A stretch of 63,763 nt of DNA, the filler included, from Patellaria atrata CBS 101060 (lineage: Eukaryota): assembly GCA_010093705.1 (NCBI GenBank). It is 7 parts of 5 records of this genome, joined end to end, with 100 filler letters (N's around TTAATTAATTAA, not from the genome) between each part and the next. Parts side by side here need not be neighbours in the genome. Positions count along the whole stretch, not along the records: positions 1 to 17,216 come from MU006096.1; 6 more parts are not named here. The stretch is one strand, 5' to 3'. The position numbers were made by a program, and so were the translations under genes. A model generated the notes under the pieces. It was not told the DNA's origin. It saw only the letters and a program-made list of their open reading frames with translations, and ran no database searches. This document shows, in pieces, positions 1-12,054 of this stretch; the stretch's first letter is position 1, and every line of letters begins with the position of its first letter.

Positions 1-264
1 TTTTTTTTTTATATAAATATTTATCTAAAATTATTATTATTAATAAATAAAATATTATAATAAAAATTTATATTTATTAAAATAAAATAAAATAAAATAA
101 AATAAAATAAATTTAAAAAATATATATAATTTTTTAATAATATAATTATTCTTTTAAAATAAATTTAATTAATAATAAAAGAAAATAAATATTTATATTT
201 TAAATTAATAATATAATTTATTAACTTTTTAATTTTTTTTTATAAAAGTTTATAATAAAAATAA

Positions 265-296
<32 letters not shown>

Positions 297-1176
297 TATA
301 TATTTATATTATTTATAAAATTTATTTAATAATATTAATATTATTTAATTATTATTTAATTAATATATTATTTTATAATAAATATTAAAGTTTTTTAAAA
401 TAATTAATATTTTTATTAATATTTTTTTATATATAAAATTATATTTTTATTTATAATAATATTTATTAATAATAATATTTATTAATAATTTAATAATTAA
501 TTTTTAATATTTATAAATATTATTTATTTAAAAATTATAATAAAATTTAAAAAATATTATTTTTTTTTATTTTTTATTATAATAAATATTAATAAATATT
601 ATTTAATCTTAATTTTATATATATATATATATATATAATTATATTAATAATTTTTTTTTAATTTACTTTTTATTTTTTTTTAAAAAAAAATTTAATTAAT
701 AAAAAATATAATAATTTAAATTTTTAAAATAAAATATATTTTTTTAATATTTATAATATATAAAATTTAAAATAATTATTTACTAAATTTATATAATAAA
801 GAAAATTATTTTAAATTATAAATAAAATTAATTTTTTATAATTTTTTATTAATTTTATAATTTATTTATAATTAAATTTTAAATTTTAAATTAAATTTAA
901 TAATTATTATATTATATATATATTAATATATATTAATATATTTATTTATAATTTTATAATAATAATAAATTTTTTTAATTTTAATAATATTTTTATAATA
1001 ATATATTATTTTTTAAATTTATAATAAATATTTAAAATAATTTATAATAAATATTTAAAATAATTTATAAAAAATATTATAATATATAAATTATTAAAAT
1101 ATATAATTATTATAATATTTATAAATATTATATAATTTATTAAAATAATTATTAATTTTATTAATATTTTTATTAT
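1..1176. repeat. Extremely AT-rich, RIP-saturated relic sequence of unidentified origin
   Basis: Almost no G/C, with (TA)n and (TAAAA)n runs. Adjoins a recognisably RIP-eroded Gypsy copy. Confidence 0.6.
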
Positions 1177-2554
1177 TATAATAATATATTATAATATTAA
1201 TTTTATATTTTTTATATTAAATATTTAATTTATTTATAAAAGATTTTTATTAAATTAAATATAAAAAAGATTTTTAAATATTAATTAATTAAATAGAAAA
1301 TAATTAAATTAAAATTTAATAAAATAAAATTATTATATATAAATATTTAATTTATAATATTATTATTTCTTAATTTAATCTTTATATTTAATAATTAATA
1401 ATAAAGATAATTAAAATATAATTATTATAATTATATTATATTATTATATTAAATTAAGTTTATCTTTAATAATTTTTAAAAAGACGATATAATATTTTAA
1501 TTAAAATATAATATTAATTTAATTAATAAATAATTATTAAATTAATTAAAAATTTATAAATAATTAAATTTTATTAATAATAAAATATTTAATATTTAAA
1601 AATATTAATATTAATAATAATAATAATTTAATATTTAAAAGAAATTAAAACTAATAAATATAAATTATTTAAAAAAATAAATATTATAATAAATTAAATA
1701 AAATAATTAAATTTTTAATAATTTTAATAAAATAAATAAATAATAAATTAATTATAAATTTAAAAGTAAAAAGTAATATTAAATTAAAAGAAAAAAAAAA
1801 TATATTAATATAAATTAATATTAAAAGTAATTAATTAATAAATTATTAATAATATTTTAAAAATAAATCTATAAAATCTATTAAAAGAAATTTCTAAAAT
1901 AATAAAAAAAGGAAAATCTTTTAAATATATTATTATTATAAATAATTAAAATATTAATATAATTAATAAAATAAAGAAATAAATAATTAAAAATTTAGAT
2001 TAATTTATAATAAAATATCTTTATATAAAAATAAAGTTTATAATTTAAAAGATATAATTTAAAAAGATAATAAATTTTATTAATAAAATAATATTTAATT
2101 TATAGTTAAAACTATAAATATATTAAATAAATAAAGAAATTATAAAATATTTTTAAAATAAAATTAATAATTTAAAAAAATAGATTAAATAATTTAAATT
2201 AAATTAAAGAAATATTTAATTTAATAATAAATTTAATAATAAAGAATTATTAATATTATATAATTATAATAATTAAATTAAAATAGTTAATTTAATTAAA
2301 AACTTTAAAAATAAAAATAATAATAAAATAAAAAAGTTCTCTAATCTATTAAAATTAATTAATAATAAAAAGCTAATTTATAAAAAATAAAATAAATAAA
2401 ATAAATAATAAATTTTATATTAATAATAATTAATTTTAAAATAAAAAAGTAAAGATTATTTATATTAAAATATAAATTAATAATAAAATAATTAAATATA
2501 TATATTTTTTCTTAAAATTAAAGAAAAATAATATAATTTTAATAAAATTAATAA
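1177..2554 (+). mobile_element. Gypsy family B relic copy B1, 5' part (5' LTR ~1177-1448 plus gag), fully RIP-eroded
   Basis: Colinear with 46681-48060 when C>T/G>A is allowed, e.g. 1177 tataataatatattataata vs 46681 tgtaacgacgtattacgatg, and aaagacgatataatatttt vs aaaggcgatataatatttt. Confidence 0.85.
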
Positions 2555-2999
2555 NNNNNNNNNNNNNNNNNNNNNNNNNNNNNNNNNNNNNNNNNNNNNN
2601 NNNNNNNNNNNNNNNNNNNNNNNNNNNNNNNNNNNNNNNNNNNNNNNNNNNNNNNNNNNNNNNNNNNNNNNNNNNNNNNNNNNNNNNNNNNNNNNNNNNN
2701 NNNNNNNNNNNNNNNNNNNNNNNNNNNNNNNNNNNNNNNNNNNNNNNNNNNNNNNNNNNNNNNNNNNNNNNNNNNNNNNNNNNNNNNNNNNNNNNNNNNN
2801 NNNNNNNNNNNNNNNNNNNNNNNNNNNNNNNNNNNNNNNNNNNNNNNNNNNNNNNNNNNNNNNNNNNNNNNNNNNNNNNNNNNNNNNNNNNNNNNNNNNN
2901 NNNNNNNNNNNNNNNNNNNNNNNNNNNNNNNNNNNNNNNNNNNNNNNNNNNNNNNNNNNNNNNNNNNNNNNNNNNNNNNNNNNNNNNNNNNNNNNNNNN

Positions 3000-3072
3000 A
3001 GTTCTCCCGAGTGGTGTTCCTTTCCTCCCCTCACTCGTTGTCTGCATGTTCCTACAACTTGTGGCCGTAACA
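3000..3072 (-). repeat. 3' LTR of A1 (5' 73 bp only)
   Basis: Nearly identical to 9952-10024. Begins TGTTACGGCC on the minus strand immediately after the polypurine tract. Confidence 0.9.
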
Positions 3073-3090
3073 CTATCCTCCCCCTTCTCA
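3073..3090 (-). other. Polypurine tract of A1
   Basis: Minus-strand tgagaagggggaggatag abuts the TG of the 3' LTR. Confidence 0.85.
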
Positions 3091-3187
3091 ACTCTTATCC
3101 CAAGAGTTTGTTTCTTTTGCTTGGGTATATAATAGACGTGTCGCCCATCTGTCAAGTCGTACGCACCTCTCTTTCCTTTCTTCCGAG

Positions 3188-3790
3188 ATGCCAAAAGCTG
3201 AACCCCGTCCAGTCCGTCGCCGACGTTACGCTGCCCGTGTTGCTCTACACGGTCGTCCCATGCCGACTCCCTGTTCCGCTTGTCGTCGTTTTTCTCGTTC
3301 TTGTATTGTCGATATCCCTTCTGGTTTCTGTTCTGAGTGTCTCGCTCGTGGTTCAAAATGCGATCTTGTGGTGACATAAAAGGATTGGGATAAGCTCGAT
3401 GCTCTAAAAGCCCGAACTCGTTCTGAGTTAGCTGCTGCTGAGAACGATGAAGAACTTGCTCTTGACCATGAGGAGCAAGTCCGTGCTCAGGCGAGTGCTC
3501 AGGTGAGGGCCGCTCGCGCTCGCGCCCGTCGCCTTCGTAGACAACTTCGTTCCCTTGAAGAGAAGGAATTTGAAATGTCTCGCCGTGAGCTTGGTTCCAT
3601 TGAGGAACTTGAGGCTTTGGAGCGAGCAGCTGAAGGGCAGAGAGCTTCCTCGGTCGCTCCTTCTTCCTCCGCTGTCGTGTCTCCTTCTAGTTGGTCTGGT
3701 TTGGATTTCTCTGCCCTCGAGGGTCTGGAATTCCCTGGTTTTGGCGATGAAACTGTTCAAGTTTCTGATCGCAGTTCGTCAAATGCTTGA
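3188..3790 (+). pseudogene. Antisense accessory ORF of Gypsy A1: Zn(II)2Cys6-like finger + coiled coil + acidic/Ser tail (~200 aa, one RIP-type stop)
   Basis: ORFs 3188-3379 and 3503-3790 share a frame, separated only by one TAA at 3377 (CAA>TAA type). CSACRRFSRSCIVDIPSGFCSECLARGSKC = C-x2-C-x6-C-x8-C-x2-C-x6-C. Confidence 0.8.
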
Positions 3791-6700
3791 GTGGTTCCCA
3801 CGTGTTATTTACGTGTCCGTAGCCTTTCCATTTTACTAAGTACTTGTACTGACCGTCTACTTATTATAGGTCCAAGATTCGTTCTACCTCGTAGATATCT
3901 TCTTCCTCGAGTTCTGTGGGTCGTGTTTGGAGTTTAGCGTTAGTATATGCTGGTTCTAGGAGTGATACATGAAAAACTGGGTGTATCTTCATTCCTTGTG
4001 GTAATTCCAACTCGTAATTGACTTTTCCTTTGACCTGTTTGATTTTAAAAGGGCCGATTTTCTTGTGGTCTAGTTTCTTGTTAGGTCGTTTTATTTTGAG
4101 GTTTTTCTGTAATAAGTAAACTTTGTCCCCCCTTTTAAAGGTCGGTTCCAGCGACCTATGCTGATTGCTGTATCTTGTAGCTCTTGTCGCCTGGAAAGCT
4201 ATGTCTCGTGATAGCTGTGCGTGTAATTCCTTGATTTGCTCTACTTTTAACGTTGCTTCTTGTGAAATGCTCTGAACTGTTCTCGGCTCACGATATGCTT
4301 CTGGTTCAAAACCATAATTCGCATAGAAGGGTGAAACCTTCGTGGTATCGGATTTCGCGCTGTTGTGTGCGAATTATGCCATTGGTAGTAGCTCTACCCA
4401 GTTGTTTTGCTGGTAATTCACATAATTGCGTAAGTATTGCTCTAGAGATTGATTCATTCTCTCAGTTTGGCCATCTGTTTGTGGGTGGAAGCTCGTTAAT
4501 AGCTTATGGTTTACCCCTAAACTCTGTACTAGAGTCTGCCAAAACGCTGATTTAAACAGTTTATCTCTATCTAAGATAATCTCTCTCGGTATCTGGTGAT
4601 TTGCTAGCACTGTTTTCATCACTAATGCTGCTACTTGTGGTGCTGTCATCGTTGTCTTTACTGGTATGAAGTAGGTGAACTTTGTTAGTCGCTCCACGAT
4701 AACCAATATCGCGTTATACTCTACTCCTGTTGCTGGATCTTTGGATCCTAGTAGACCTGTGATGAAGTCCATCGTTATTGAGTCCCATGCTCGCTTTGGT
4801 GGCTCAATGTGTTGCATTTGTCCGTAGGGTGCGTGTTTTGCACTCTTATTCCGTGCGTAGTTATTACACTCTGAGATGACTTGCTTCACTGTACTTCTTA
4901 CCCCCGGGAAATAGTAGTTCCTTAGGATCCTTTCCAAGGTTTTGTTAATGCCCTGGTGACCATGCGCTGGTGCTTCGTGGATCTCTTTGGTAAGGGTCTT
5001 TCGCAGTGTCGTTAGCATATATACGAGCCCGTCGTATAGCCATATTCCTTAAGCTGTTTATATTGCCCTAGGGTCGTTACCCCTTCGGAACTCCTCTATT
5101 ATACTATCCTTCTAATAGGCATCACGAATTTGTTATTCTCTCGTGGATTCGATTATTAGCATTGTAGCTAATTTTGGCTGATTGTAGGTGATCGCGTCGT
5201 TTTCTTTCCTCAGTACCGCGTTATGTACCGGTTTTATTCCTTCTAGGTAGTCGGATCTTCTACTTATAGTATCGGCTAGTTTATTTTCGACTCCTGGTCT
5301 ATGGAATATCTTGAAGTTGAAAGATGCGAGTGTTTCTACCTATCTTACTTGTCTTCGATTTAACTTCTTTGTTATAAGGAAGTTTGTCAGGTTTTGATGA
5401 TCTGACTAAACTTTTATAGTGAACTTGGGTCCTTCAAGGTATAACCTCCACTGTTCAAATGCGTCGACGATTGCTAACAATTCTTTATCGTGCACGTCGT
5501 AGTTTAGTTCTACGGCCGTGAATTTCCGTGAATGAAAGGCTACCGGGTGTAGTCGTCCTTTCTTATCCGGCTGACTTATACATGCACCTAGTGCATAGTT
5601 AGATGCGTCAGTTTCTAGCACTATCAATTTCTCTAGGTCGAATATAACTAGGATAGGTGCTATAGTGAACTTTTTCTTAAGTTCGTCGAATACTTCCTAT
5701 ATCTTCTCTATCTAAGCAAAGGTATTTTCCTTCTTTATTAATTCTGATAGCGGCGTTATCACCTTCGAGTACCCTTAGATGAACTTTCTATAGTAGTTCG
5801 CGAAGCCTAAGAACGATTATACGTGTTTTACGTTCTTCGGTGTCGGCTAATCTTGGATTACGGCTATCTTTTTTGGGTCTGCTCGTATGCCTTCAGTGGT
5901 AACGATAAAGCCTAGGAATTCCGTTTCTTTAATATGGAATTCACACTTATCTAGGTGTACTAGGAGTCTCTTTTCTCGTAGTTTCGTCAGTATTTTCTTT
6001 ATATACTCTCTATACTCTTCGAGTGTTCCGTTCGTGTACACTAGCATATTATCTAGGTAAGTAGTTATAAATACGTCCAAGTATTCTCTTAGTGCATGAT
6101 TAATCACTGCTTAGAATGTTGCTAGGGCGTTAATTAAGCCGAACGGCATTATTATATATTCGTATAGTCCGAACCTCGTTCTTATAGCTATTTTCTATTC
6201 TTCGCCTTCTTTCATTCTAATTCGATAGTAACCATCTCGGATATCGAATTTCGTAAACCATTTTACTCCTTATAACCTATCTTGGATTTCTAAGATTAAG
6301 GGTAATAGGTATCTATTCTTGACCGTGGTATCGTTTAGCTATCTATAGTCGATATATAATCTCAGCTTGCCATTCTTCTTTAGTACGAATAGAATCGGTG
6401 AAGCTATCGGGCTTTCGCTAAGTCGTATATATCCCTTTTCTAAGTTAGTGCGGATATACTCCTCGAGTGCTTTATATTGTTCTCTTATTAACGGGTAAAT
6501 CGGACCGGGTCGTAGTTTCGCACCCTCCTTTAGCACTATCTCATGATCCCACGTCTAGTGATCCGGAAGTATAGTCGCTATATCTTCCTTAAATAAATCT
6601 TTGAACTCGCTATACTCTTCGGGTATCTTAGGTTCTTCGGAAACCTTCTTAACGTCTATTTTCCTAAGCTATACTACTCCTACGCTCTTAGGTTTATTTC

Positions 6701-7241
6701 TATAGATCTTTATTATCTTATAGTGCGAAATACGTCCTACGGATATACTAGCGTCCGTCTACTTAGTACGTCTTATTCGCTTAACTCTATCCTTTCGTGA
6801 GGTGTCTTAGTTAATCTAGATACTTCTCGTCTTTTAGTTAATATCTAGGTTCACTATTTATAACTAGTCCATCCCTAGAATTATATCTACATCTCCTAGG
6901 TCGGTTATAGGGATGCGCTGAGTAGTTACCTTCCCTTGTACGTTGATTTCTACTAGTATAGTCCTAAAGTTGATTAGACCTCGTCTATATCCTATTCCTT
7001 CGCCATTTCCTAGTCGTAACGGGACTGGATTTTCAAGTTTCGTGTAAGGTATACTCTTCTTTTCTACCTATCGGGGTGAGATGAACGAATCGGTGGCGCC
7101 GCTATCAACTAGCGCTATCGTTCTTTTGCCGTGTATGGTAATATCTACCTAAAGCGTCCTATCGTTGCTTCGTAGGGTTTTGAGGAACTTAGGAGCCATA
7201 CTTCTCGATCGTTCCTATCTCGAGTGGCTTAGTAGTTTTTT
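3687..7241 (-). pseudogene. pol: pol of A1 (protease, RT, RNase H, integrase, chromodomain), RIP-disrupted
   Basis: Motifs: ALVDSGAT; RLYIDYR and YLDN; ETDASNYALGA...[23 protein letters not shown]...PQTDGQTERMNQ; YEVERILD...YLVKWKGYGHVNNTWEP. Confidence 0.93.
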
Positions 7242-9268
7242 GCATAGCCATGTGCTGGGTAGCCGAGTTCTATGCACTCGGCCTAGTGTAGTCTATCGTG
7301 TCTATTATAATACGGGCCTTTGCGGTGTTCTTTACATTCGAGTTCTCGACACTCTCTCTTAATAACCGCGTCGTGGCTAGGGTTACTCTTGATTCCTACT
7401 CTCCATCTCTATACTATATAATAGTCACACCATATATCTCTTATTGCGTATTGTCCGAAGTCTTATACGTTATACCTAGTAACGTGTTTAGGTGCTTCTT
7501 TATCGTTTTAGAGTACTTCTATTTCCCACGGGAATACTTTTCCCTTATAGAACTCTTCTTCTAAGCCTCTATAGTACTAGTAATCCGTGCTATATTTATA
7601 ATCTTCCCACGTTGCTACTACGCATCCCGTATGGATTAGTGTCTAGTAATGTCGCCTGCACCTAAGTTTATTTATACAGTCGAAACTATCGTACTTCCCA
7701 TAATCGCCTATTGGTGGTTCGAGTTCTTAGTTCTTTTCAGGTTTTCCCGTTTCATCTTCGTGGGTTTTGCACCCTCTTACCTGACATTCGCCTTCGGGTA
7801 AGTGTATATGAGTAGGGTCTCGATCCCTAAACTTTGCTGTAGCCCTCTGCTGTTTATAGTATAAACAGTCACCCTCTTTACATTGCATCTATCGAAAGGC
7901 TAAATAGTCTTCTACCCTTGGTGTAAGGTTCAGTTATTGTTCTTCGCTCGCATCGGTATTGGGTTCGGGTTCGATCGGTTCCCAATCTTGAAATTCTTGT
8001 TCGAGCTGTCGCTGTTGCTCTATAATCCGATACGTGAGGCTTAGTCCGTTAGATGTTTATACTCTAATCCTCTAACCTTGGTTCTATGCTGGGCATTCTG
8101 ATGCTGTGTGCGCGTATTCGTTTCCGCACGCCTAACACTGTTGGTGGTCTAAACGTTGTTGGAGTGTCTCCTCTTCTAGCCAGTTTCCTACTATTGGGAA
8201 CGGCGTTGGTGGCCTGCTTACCCCCGTCTAGTAGGGTAGCGGCGTTTCTTCAATCTCTTCCTCTTCTAGCGATGAGACTGGTGATAGTAGTGTCAGGTGC
8301 ATGACTCTAAGTTATATACGTCGGTTATATCGCGAGGGTGGTTACGTCTTTTATGGATAGTCTCTTTTGAAATGTCCCACTTCTCCGTATTATAGATATA
8401 CTCTATTCGTAAAGCGTTCTTTTTCTTCTTAGATGAACTGTCGTTATTTCTTCGACTTCTTCTATTTAGTCTATTATAGTCGGTCGAGGTCTATTAGGTC
8501 CCCCTAATCTTGTCTATTCGTGGCCCTTATTACCTTCTTCCTATATCTAACTATAACATTCTTCCGTCCTCCCTTTTCCTGTCTACGCTCGTATAACCTA
8601 TTATCTATTCTAACTGCTAAGGTCACTACTTCCTACATAGTTATTGGTCTCTTATAATGAACCCACTCGTCCTTCACTTCTTCCTTTAAACCTTGATAGA
8701 AAGCGATTATCAGTGGTTCATCGGGCTAACCCAATGTTGATACTACCTATTGGAACGTAGTCGTATACTTCGAGGCTAACCCTTTCTATCTAAGTCCTTG
8801 AAGCTTTCTTTCAGCTACCTATTGTTCGTCGACTTCCCTAAAGACGTTCTTGAGCGTTTCTTCAAACTTCGGAAACGACTTAAAGATCTCCGCTATTTCG
8901 TCTTCTTAGTGTTCTTCGCTGTTCTCAAGATAGTCTCGTGCAATGGGTTTAAACCATTCCAGAGCGTCTCCTTTAAGGTACGCTGATGCATCGAGTACAC
9001 GTTCACTGTCGTCCGTTAGTCCTATTCTCTTATGATAGATCCTCACCTGGGTTAGGAATCCTCTTAGCTCATCTCGTTTACCATTATATGGTGCGGGTTC
9101 TTTGACTTTCGCGGTTCGCTTTTGTGGCGATAGTAACTGTATAGTAAGTTGTTCGAGCTAGTCCCTAAGTTCTTAGACTGTCCCTTCATTTTCGAGTTCG
9201 CTGATACGTTTATACAACGCTTGGATATGTTCTTTATCCGTCTTCGTGTTGGCTGCGGCTGACGACAT
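7229..9268 (-). pseudogene. gag: gag of A1 with long Cys/His-rich C-terminal extension, RIP-disrupted
   Basis: Reverse-complement homologue of 12055-14097. ATG at 9268; ends GCAAAAAACTACTAA. Confidence 0.85.
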
Positions 9269-9314
9269 CGTGTCTAGGTCTGTTATACGCTTTCCTACTA
9301 CGTGGTAGTTATAA

Positions 9315-10024
9315 TGTTACAACGGGAGTCTATACTTATCGAGATAGAACTGGATAAGCCTAGAAACGCGCCTGGCTTCTCACTTAACGTGGTCAACCAC
9401 AAAGGTAGGTTTGGCAAAGTGATAGGATACGTATAATAAAGGCACTTCAAGTTGACGATACAACTTGCTAACTCCTTAACTTCGGGTAATGCTCACGATG
9501 AGACAAGACGTACTGTATAGAAACAGTGTGACAAGTGAAGTCAAGTTTAAAACCGTAACATCCAAATCTATAGGTAAGATTGATAGTAAGAATAACTACG
9601 AAGAATCTAAATATATGAGGGAAAGACCGTCCTTAAATATTCCTATCCTCTATAGTCAATTTAGTTGCCTATACTCTAGTCGTTCTAGTCGTTTAGTCGT
9701 TTGGTCGTTCTCTACGACCAAAACGTCTAAACGTCCAAACGTCCAAGTCATGTGATCCTCCCCGGTCGTTCTAGTCGTTCGGTCGTTTGGTCGTTCTCTA
9801 CGACCAAAACGTCCAAACGTCCAAACGTCCAAGTCATGTGATCCTCCCCGGTCGTTCTGGTCGTTCGGTCGTTTGGTCGTTCTCTACGACCAAAACGTCC
9901 AAACGTCCAAACGTCCAAGTCACGTGACTCGCTGTTACCCGTTTCATCCGTAGTTCTCCCGAGTGGTGTTCCTTTCCTCCCCTCACTCGTTATCTGCATA
10001 TTCCTATAACTTATGGCCGTAACA
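9315..10024 (-). repeat. 5' LTR of A1 (710 bp)
   Basis: TGTTAC/GTAACA termini. Ends match LTR 11399-12008 and the 3' LTR start at 3072. Confidence 0.9.
9670..9927. repeat. Three tandem 86-bp units inside the A1 LTR
   Basis: Equivalent positions recur at 9751, 9837 and 9923 (period 86). Units are built of ggtcgtt and aaacgtcc sub-repeats. Confidence 0.92.
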
Positions 10025-11398
10025 TAAATTTATAAAAATCTAAATAAATAATTAAAAGTTAAAGATAAATTAAAGAAATTAAAATAAAATTATTTAATAA
10101 ACTTTTTAAAATTCTAGTTTATATTTATTTAATTAATTAATAAAATTAAATTATTATATAATTAATAGAAAAAGAAACTTTATAATAAACTTTATAATAA
10201 TTTAAAATTAATAATAATAGAAATTATAGATAATAATAAAATTAACTTTTAAAAATATTATAATAAAGTTATAATATAAATATAAAAGTTAAAAAGATTA
10301 AATAAAGTTAATAAAATTTATAAAAAAAGTTAAAAATATAGTAAATTAATTAAAATAATTTCTATTTTAATAATAATAAATAAAACTTTATATTAATTAA
10401 AAAGTAAAGAAATTATTTTATTTATAATATTATAAATAATAAAATAAATTATAATTATTTAAAAGTTTATAAATAATTATTTTAATTATAATAAAACTAA
10501 ATATAAAATATTAAAATACTAGAAATTAAAGAAGATAATTAAAGTAAAATTAATTTAAAAAAATAAATATTAAAATTTAAAGTTTAATTTAAAATTAAAT
10601 TCGAAAAATAAGAAACTTTAAATAAAAACTTTATATTAAAATTAATAATAAAAGTATTAATAATATTAATTAATAATTTAATATTAAAAAAGCTATTTAT
10701 AATATTATATTAAATTTTAAAAAATAGAATTATAATATAATTTAAGATTTTAATTAATATTAAAGTTTAAAAGTATATCTTATTAAATAAAAGATAATTA
10801 TCCGTTTTAAAATAATACTTTAAAATTAAAATTAAAAAGATAAATTAAAAAATTAAAATTAATATTTTTAATAATTTAAAGATAATATTAATTAATTAAA
10901 TATTTAAGATAAACTTTATAATTAAAGAATAAAAATAATTAATACTAATTATAATAATAAATATAAGTTATAATAATATATTTATAAATAAAAAATAGTT
11001 TTTTAAAATTAATAATTTATTTAATTATAAATATTATTAAATTATTTAATTAAAATAAACTATTATAATTAAAGATTAATAATAAGATATTATAATTTTA
11101 AAAAGTAAATTATAAATTTAAATTAATTTATAATATTAATTTAATATAAAATAATAAAATAAAGTTATTAATAAATAAAAATATAATTAATAAAAAGTAT
11201 TAATTAATTAAAAAAGAAAATTATAATTATTTTAATAAAAATAATTAAATTTATAAATTAAAAATATTAATTTTAATCTTTAAAAAATAAAATTAGAACT
11301 ATTAAATTTAATAAAAAGAAAAATATTAAAATTTTCTAAAAAATTAAAGTTAAAACTAAATAAATAGATTAATATTATTAAAATTTATATAAATATTT
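10025..11398 (+). mobile_element. Gypsy family B relic copy B1, continuation (gag end/protease region)
   Basis: Colinear with ~48071-49445 after RIP, e.g. taaatttataaaaatctaaat vs tagatttataaggacctaaat, and aaattcgaaaaataagaaac vs agattcggaaaacgagaaac. Confidence 0.85.
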
Positions 11399-12008
11399 TG
11401 TTACGACCATAAGTTATAGGAACATGCAGATAACGAGTGAGGGGAAAGTAGGAACACCACTCGGGAGAACCACGGATGAAACTAGTAATAAAGGGTCACG
11501 TGATTAGAAACTATGGACGCAATGGACGTAAAGGACGCAAGAGGGGATCCACGTCCACCACGTCTAGGACGTCTAGGTTATGGACGTAGTGGACGTAAAG
11601 GACGTAGAAGGAGATCCACGTCTAGAACGGCCACCACGTCTAAAAAGGTGTAGGCACACCAAATTGACTATAGAGGATAGGAATATTTAAGGACGGTCTT
11701 TCCCTCATATATTTAGATTCTTCGTAGTTATTCTTACCATCAATCTTACCTATAGATTTGGATGTTACGGTTTTGAACTTGACTTCACTTGTTACACTGC
11801 TTCCATATAGTACGTCTTGTCGCATTGTGAGCAGTACCTGAAGTTAAGGAGTTAGTAAGTTGTATCGATAACTTGAAGTGCCTTTATTATACGTATCCTA
11901 TCACTTTGCCGAACCTACCTTTGTGGTTAACCACGTTAAGTGAGAAGCCAGGCGCGTTTCTAGACTTATCCAGTTCTATCTTAATAAGTATAGACTCCCG
12001 TTGTAACA
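11399..12008 (+). repeat. 5' LTR of A2 (610 bp)
   Basis: Starts TGTTACGACC and ends GTTGTAACA. Matches the A1 LTR except the central segment. Confidence 0.9.
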
Positions 12009-12054
12009 TTATAACTACCACGCAGTAGGAAAGCGTATAACAGACCTAGACACG

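Larger units (their letters stand above)
3000..10024 (-). mobile_element. Ty3/Gypsy chromovirus family A, copy A1 (near full length; most of the 3' LTR lies in the gap)
   Basis: 5' LTR at 9315-10024 (TGTTAC...GTAACA). gag followed by pol with PR, RT, RNase H, integrase and chromodomain. PPT, then start of the 3' LTR at 3072. Confidence 0.95.

Noticed and set aside
1..1176. Centromere, mitochondrial insert or telomere
   Set aside because: AT richness is explained by RIP saturation. No organellar genes or TTAGGG arrays are seen, and centromere status cannot be judged from sequence.
2460..3377. Long ORFs spanning N runs (also 22189-22616, 40510-41229)
   Set aside because: Open only because Ns contain no stop codons.
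9670..9927. Regularly spaced repeats that could suggest a CRISPR array
   Set aside because: Whole 86-bp units repeat with no unique spacers. They lie in a retrotransposon LTR of a eukaryote, with no cas genes.
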